From an uncultured Romboutsia sp. (GTDB taxonomy: Bacteria > Bacillota > Clostridia > Peptostreptococcales > Peptostreptococcaceae), in contig CAJFPU010000001.1 in the NCBI GenBank assembly GCA_904418825.1, forward strand, positions 986 through 64,985: 64,000 nucleotides of DNA. Reading direction: 5' to 3'. The position numbers and the translations under genes were made by a program. This document shows, one piece after another, positions 62,845 to 64,000 of this stretch. How positions within the stretch are numbered: position 1 is the first letter of the stretch; each line of letters begins with the position of its first letter. The notes under the pieces were generated by a model. The model had not been told where the DNA came from. It saw nothing but the letters and a program-made list of their open reading frames with translations, and did no database searches.

Positions 62845-62873
62845 TTGCACGTTTTTAATATTTATGTTAATAT
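62845..62873 (+). promoter_or_regulatory. SigA promoter of rpmB
   Basis: TTGCAC-N17-TAATAT with upstream TG. Confidence 0.6.
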
Positions 62874-62926
62874 AAATATGTTTTTAGTCTTTAAATATAG
62901 TTATCATTTTAAGGAGGTGTTCGTAA

Positions 62927-63115
62927 ATGGCAAAGATATGTAGCGTATGTGGTAAAGGAAAGGTTTCTGGAAACCAAGTATCACACTCAAATAGACACAG
63001 CAGAAGAACTTGGTCTGCTAACTTAAGAAACGTTAGAGCTATAATAGATGGTACTCCTAAGAGAGTTAAGGTTTGTACTAGATGTTTACGTTCTGGAAAA
63101 ATAGAAAGAGCTTAA
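62927..63115 (+). CDS. rpmB: 50S ribosomal protein L28
   Basis: CSVCGK..GNQVSHS..RRTWSANL..VCTRCLRSGK. Confidence 0.98.
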   Translation: MAKICSVCGKGKVSGNQVSHSNRHSRRTWSANLRNVRAIIDGTPKRVKVCTRCLRSGKIERA

Positions 63116-63127
63116 TATACTCTTTTT

Positions 63128-63153
63128 AAAAGCCTACTAAATAGTAGGCTTTT
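63128..63153. terminator. Bidirectional terminator rpmB/spoVM
   Basis: aaaagcctacta / tagtaggctttt inverted repeat. Confidence 0.75.
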
Positions 63154-63162
63154 CTTTTATCA

Positions 63163-63237
63163 CTATTTAGAACTTTTCATGAATTTTAAAACTATATTAG
63201 AAAGCCATTTTGGTAATTTTATTGTAACCATCTTCAT
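63163..63237 (-). CDS. spoVM: Stage V sporulation protein M (24 aa)
   Basis: Not in ORF track: MKMVTIKLPKWLSNIVLKFMKSSK, AGGGGGG RBS; TIKLPK with Pro9; convergent with rpmB as in Bacillus. Confidence 0.92.
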   Translation of the reverse strand: MKMVTIKLPKWLSNIVLKFMKSSK

Positions 63238-63602
63238 AAACTACGCCCCCCTACTGTTTTAATGTTTAAATTAGAAATTTTTACATTATTAATATAATTT
63301 AACTTATATGTAGGATTCTTTAATCCATCATTTATAAAGCCTTATAACTAATATAAAAAGAATAATACCCCACATTCCATAATAAATGCTACAAGAGATC
63401 TGTATACCCATTTAGGTAATCTGTATTACAACTAAAAAAATATAAATCATCAAACAGTCTTATTTAAATTATATTTTTTATAAATACCTTCAGTGTGCAT
63501 TTAATCTCTTGATTACATTCTATACTTTAAATTTATGCAAAATATTATATAATTAGACCTGTCCTACAGATTAAATAAAAAATAAGATGTAAAATATACA
63601 TC

Positions 63603-64000
63603 TTATAATTCTTGACTATTAACAGATACATTACTCAATAATGTATCTATAGATTTTTTATCTATGTAATCTATAGGGTTATTAACTATTTCTAAAATCA
63701 TTTTCTCATCATCTGATATATCTGATTGTTTTTTATTTGATATACTTATTCTTAATCCCCTCATCAGTATTTTATCTATAATACTTAACTCTTTATAGTT
63801 CATTTTTCCTCTAAAGTAAAATGAACTTATATTTTTAAGAATTTCTTTAGGTATATTTTTTTCCAGAACAGATTTTATATAAATATCATCAAAGCATTTC
63901 ATCCCCACCATAAATACATATACTTTTTTATTTTTTATATTTTCATAATTATTTATTAAAAATTTTATACCCTTTATTTTTTCAATATATAATGGTCCAC
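63603..64000 (-). CDS. Flavodoxin-like (Flavodoxin_5/HemG-type) protein, C-terminal part
   Basis: Frame is open to the window edge: GPLYIEKIKGIKFL...VFMVG...FYFRGKMNYKELSIIDKILM...DYID. Confidence 0.7.
   Translation of the reverse strand, partial: GPLYIEKIKGIKFLINNYENIKNKKVYVFMVGMKCFDDIYIKSVLEKNIPKEILKNISSFYFRGKMNYKELSIIDKILMRGLRISISNKKQSDISDDEKMILEIVNNPIDYIDKKSIDTLLSNVSVNSQEL

Noticed and set aside
63245-63316. Anti-SD hairpin upstream of spoVM (cctac/gtagg flanking CATATAAG)
   Set aside because: Only 5-6 bp over a loop of about 55 nt; too weak to count with the other four cases.
1-64000. CRISPR arrays, tRNA/rRNA, IS elements, known riboswitches
   Set aside because: No regularly spaced repeats, GC-rich structural RNA or transposase motifs were seen by eye; a covariance-model search was not possible.

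Overview
Very AT-rich core-chromosome window of a spore-forming Peptostreptococcaceae member. Gene order resembles Clostridioides difficile/Romboutsia; the taxon is inferred, not proven. Nearly all genes are on the minus strand. In transcription order: flavodoxin-like (partial), spoVM, [rpmB on +], yloU-fakA-recG-rsmD-coaD-hyp, [tmcAL-ylbJ on +], ackA, DUF177-rpmF, plsX, spoIIIAA-AH, asp23-nusB-tsaD paralog-xseAB-ispA-DUF212, dxs-tlyA-recN, spoIVB, spo0A, cca, steA-steB-GT2-MraY-like-DUF3866-nudF-spoIIM-xerD-deoB-punA-pdp, mltG-trmR-U32-udk-pbp-sigK, two orphan PAS histidine kinases, aroE, four ComG/type IV minor pilins, aroK, a decayed aroQ, efp, CD1247-like, rnc, radical SAM, smc, ftsY (partial). 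I saw no mobile element, CRISPR, rRNA or tRNA. Highlights: (1) two tandem orphan histidine kinases with reciprocal defects, one keeping the phospho-His but with a ruined ATP-binding domain, the other with an intact ATP-binding domain but no His, suggesting a split/heterodimeric kinase; (2) a recurrent anti-Shine-Dalgarno hairpin overlapping a sporulation-sigma promoter in front of sigK, pbp, spoIIM and ylbJ; (3) sigK with neither pro-peptide nor skin element; (4) an unannotated aroQ pseudogene plus a TrhP/U32 protein lacking its Fe-S cysteines; (5) a 2-nt frameshift exactly at a prepilin cleavage site; (6) a catalytically degenerate XerD; (7) a SteAB-glycosyltransferase operon; (8) absence of fapR/fab genes around plsX. 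All motif calls were made by eye against remembered family consensus; no searches were run.
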